Shown here: positions 62,578 to 64,000 of the stretch, piece after piece
Position numbering within the stretch: the first letter of the stretch is position 1
Layout of the letters: the number at the start of each line of letters is the position of its first letter
Assembly: GCA_965238005.1 (NCBI GenBank)
Contig: OZ250165.1
Span: 1,952,001-2,016,000, forward strand
Length of the DNA stretch: 64,000 nucleotides
Reading direction: 5' to 3'
Source: Longimicrobiales bacterium
Lineage (GTDB): Bacteria > Gemmatimonadota > Gemmatimonadetes > Longimicrobiales > Gaopeijiaceae
Program-made: the position numbers and the translations under genes
The notes under the pieces: model-generated
Seen by the model: only the letters and a program-made list of their open reading frames with translations
What the model was told of the DNA's origin: nothing
Databases searched by the model: none

Positions 62578-64000
62578 GGGTCGTGCGTGCCCCACTCCTC
62601 CCGGAGGATGTCGCTGACCTCTCCCAACGTGACGGAAGCCTTCACCGCGTCGATAATGGGAGGCATCAGGTTGTCGCCCCCGCGGGCCGCGGATCGGATC
62701 CCCTCCCGGGCCTGTGAGGCACGTTCGGAATCGCGGTTGCTCTTCAGCTCGGCGAGTCGCGCCTTCTGCGCGGCCTCGAGAGCCGAGAAGTCGGGGCTGG
62801 CGATCTCCGGGGGCCGAGCCTCATCCCGGTAGGCGTTCACACCCACCACCAGCCGCTCCTGGGCCTCCACCGCCATCTGATGGGCGTAGGCGGAGCTGTG
62901 GATCTCGTTCTGCATGAACCCCACGGCCTTGGCCGCCCCGCCGAGCTCCGCGATCTGATCGATATAACCCCTGGCCGTGGCCTCGATCTGATCGGTGAGG
63001 GCTTCCACGTAGTGACTCCCGCCCAGGGGATCTGCCGTGCGCGTGACCCCCGACTCGTGCGCCACGATCTGCTGGGTGCGAAGGGCGATCTTCGCCGCCT
63101 CTTCCGTGGGAAGGGCCAGCGCCTCGTCGAAGCCGTTGGTGTGGAGCGACTGGGTCCCGCCCAGGACCGCCGCCAAGGCTTGGATCGCCACCCGAACCAC
63201 GTTGTTCATCGGCTGCTGGGCTGTTAGGGTGGAGCCGGCCGTCTGCGTGTGGAAGCGGAGCCGGCACGACTTGTCGGAGGCGTCGTAGCGCTCCCTCATC
63301 AGCCCAGCCCACAGGCGGCGGGCCGCCCTGAACTTGGCGACCTCTTCCAGCAGGTCGTTGTGGGCCGCGAAGAAGAACGAGAGTCGGGGAGCGAAGTCCT
63401 CCAGGGGAATGCCCGCCGCGAGCGCCCGCTCCACGTACTCGAGGCCGCTGGCCAGGGTGAAGGCGACCTCCTGTGGGGCCGTCGAGCCGGCCTCCCGGAT
63501 ATGGTAGCCGGAGATGGACATGGAATTCCAGCGCGGCACTTCCTTCGTGCAGAACGCCATCACGTCCGACACCAGGCGCAGGCTGGGATCCACCGGGTAG
63601 ATGTACGTGCCCCGTGCCACGTATTCCTTGAGCACGTCGTTCTGTACGGTCCCGGCCAGGGCGTTCCGAGTGACGCCCTTCTCGTCGCCAACGGCGATGT
63701 AGAGGGCTAGGAGGATCGCCGCCGTGGAGTTGATGGTCATGGAGGTGGACACCTGGTCCAGAGAGATGCCGTCGAAGAGCACCCGCATGTCCTCGATGGA
63801 GTCTATGGCCACTCCCACACGGCCGACTTCGCCCTCCGCCATCCAGTGGTCCGAGTCATAACCCATCTGCGTCGGCAAATCGAAGGCCACCGACAGCCCC
63901 GTGGTCCCCTGCTCCAGGAGGTAGTGATAGCGGCGGTTCGCCTCCTGGGCTGTGCCGAACCCGGCGTACTGACGCATGGTCCACAGGCGGCCACGGTACA
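62574..64000 (-). CDS. Methylmalonyl-CoA mutase large-subunit (N-terminal domain) family, 5' end outside window
   Basis: [38 protein letters not shown]. Confidence 0.95.
   Translation of the reverse strand, partial: YRGRLWTMRQYAGFGTAQEANRRYHYLLEQGTTGLSVAFDLPTQMGYDSDHWMAEGEVGRVGVAIDSIEDMRVLFDGISLDQVSTSMTINSTAAILLALYIAVGDEKGVTRNALAGTVQNDVLKEYVARGTYIYPVDPSLRLVSDVMAFCTKEVPRWNSMSISGYHIREAGSTAPQEVAFTLASGLEYVERALAAGIPLEDFAPRLSFFFAAHNDLLEEVAKFRAARRLWAGLMRERYDASDKSCRLRFHTQTAGSTLTAQQPMNNVVRVAIQALAAVLGGTQSLHTNGFDEALALPTEEAAKIALRTQQIVAHESGVTRTADPLGGSHYVEALTDQIEATARGYIDQIAELGGAAKAVGFMQNEIHSSAYAHQMAVEAQERLVVGVNAYRDEARPPEIASPDFSALEAAQKARLAELKSNRDSERASQAREGIRSAARGGDNLMPPIIDAVKASVTLGEVSDILREEWGTHDP

Noticed and set aside
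38186..63994. Many long overlapping antisense or alternate-frame ORFs
   Set aside because: Expected shadows of high-GC coding genes; Arg/Pro/Ser-rich with no motifs.

Overview
GC-rich bacterial chromosome segment, probably Gemmatimonadota (inferred from the gene order, the tmRNA tag ANNDLALAA and the 'AALEGRYxIERELGEGGMATVYLA' kinase starts). It has two very different halves separated by the tmRNA gene (ssrA, 37786-38140, minus strand). The right half (38.2-64 kb) is intact housekeeping DNA: dusB, PTS IIA, selB, recO, metK, a mannose-type PTS with ptsI/ptsH/hprK, hpf, nusB, the rib operon, purM, argS and methylmalonyl-CoA mutase, with only small MITE-like inserts. The left half (1-37.7 kb), downstream of the ssrA 3' end, is a scrambled accessory region. 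It holds two copies of an IS3-family element, IS91 and IS256 remnants, a terminase-only phage relic next to two copies of the ssrA 3' end, and many truncated or frameshifted genes. The most striking structure is a precise 24.6-kb inversion (4641-29226) that splits both a VPS10-type glycosyl hydrolase and a TenA gene. Its breakpoints are naked IS-end tips flanked by an inverted 5-bp target duplication. Both IS copies also carry pieces of the IRR-G-IRL circle junction, and the one copy with both flanks visible has no normal target duplication and sits in a site resembling its own IR. All calls are from reading the sequence; no database search was run.
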